This document shows, in pieces, positions 63,258 to 64,000 of a stretch of DNA of 64,000 nt. Below the pieces are notes generated by a model. The model had not been told where the DNA came from. It saw nothing but the letters and a program-made list of their open reading frames with translations, and made no database searches. The DNA is from the human T2T-CHM13v2.0 reference genome, Homo sapiens, in the NCBI RefSeq assembly GCF_009914755.1, contig NC_060941.1; one strand, given 5' to 3'. Position numbers and translations under genes: made by a program. How positions within the stretch are numbered: position 1 is the first letter of the stretch; each line of letters begins with the position of its first letter.

Positions 63258-64000
63258 GCCTAAGCCCTTTACCCAGGCTGTCTCAGGGGTATCATCAGAA
63301 TAATTGCAAAGGGTGCTGGCTGACGTCTTTTGTTTGGGGAGCCTGTGTTTGTGGGTTCGTTGGTCCAGGCAGCTTTGGTGTCTCACAGAGACAGCCGCAG
63401 TCAGCTTATTGTCCAGAGTGTATGTGCCAGTGGGTTCGCTGAGCAGTCAGCGGTGACCTGCACTGTGCTAGGTGCTGGGACACCAAGGTCCGATTTGCCA
63501 GGGGAGGAGGCAGACAGAAAATCCCAGACCAGGAAATGGGCGCTAAGAACCTGGAGGTTTTCTTGTGCCTGGGGCTGAGAGGAAGGCTACACAGGGAAGT
63601 GGCACAGGAACAGATTCCAAGCACAAGTGCCAAGGGGAAAGGCATTCATGGCCTCCGGCTTCTCCTAATACCCAAGAGCTTAGGTCCTGTTTTTTCCAGA
63701 TATTATTTTGCAAATAATAGGATTCTACCACCGTGCACTCCAGGGGAGGAGTAGACGCCCCCTTGGGCCTGATGTACTCTTCATCCCCAGCCCTGCCTGG
63801 CTCTAGGCCTGTGGCACAGCCAAGAAAGGGACCTTGCTCCTGTCCGGAGACAGGGCTGCATCAGCCAGATCCCACCACACCAACCCATTTTCCTGTATCT
63901 GCTAAGGACTGGACCCAGGACACTGCATCTCAGATCTCAGCTCTCCTCCTGGCCTCAAGAGGCCCCAGGATCTGGCCCTGCCTTTCCCGCTGGCCTGCCA

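Overview
This is Alu-rich primate (human-like) genomic DNA from inside the netrin-1 gene (NTN1, human 17p13.1), read on the + strand. It holds three phase-1/phase-1 coding exons: 17861-18049 (189 nt, laminin-EGF V-2), 34799-34948 (150 nt, laminin-EGF V-3) and 37903-37956 (54 nt, V-to-NTR linker). These correspond to exons 3-5 as I recall the canonical numbering; the rest of the window is intron. About 36 Alu loci are present, many with readable TSDs, plus a sense-strand LTR12F-type (ERV9) solo LTR, MaLR/ERVL LTR relics, hAT DNA-transposon relics (MER20 x3, MER5A, MER45A, MER63A, MER53), L1/L2/MIR fragments and microsatellites. Nearly all ORFs in the supplied track are spurious. The best second-look signals are: (1) a ~290-bp inverted repeat of no family I recognise (53711-54002 / 56478-56773); (2) a degenerate 41-bp-periodic array with a near-invariant CCAAT core (20660-20975); (3) the LTR12F followed by a donor and an ATG that would splice in frame into the 17861 exon, giving a leaderless netrin-1; (4) a recursive-splice-like AG|GT site 181 nt before the 34799 exon; (5) an atypical acceptor on the 54-nt exon. 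Repeat families and boundaries were called by eye, so boundaries are approximate. All functional proposals are untested inference.
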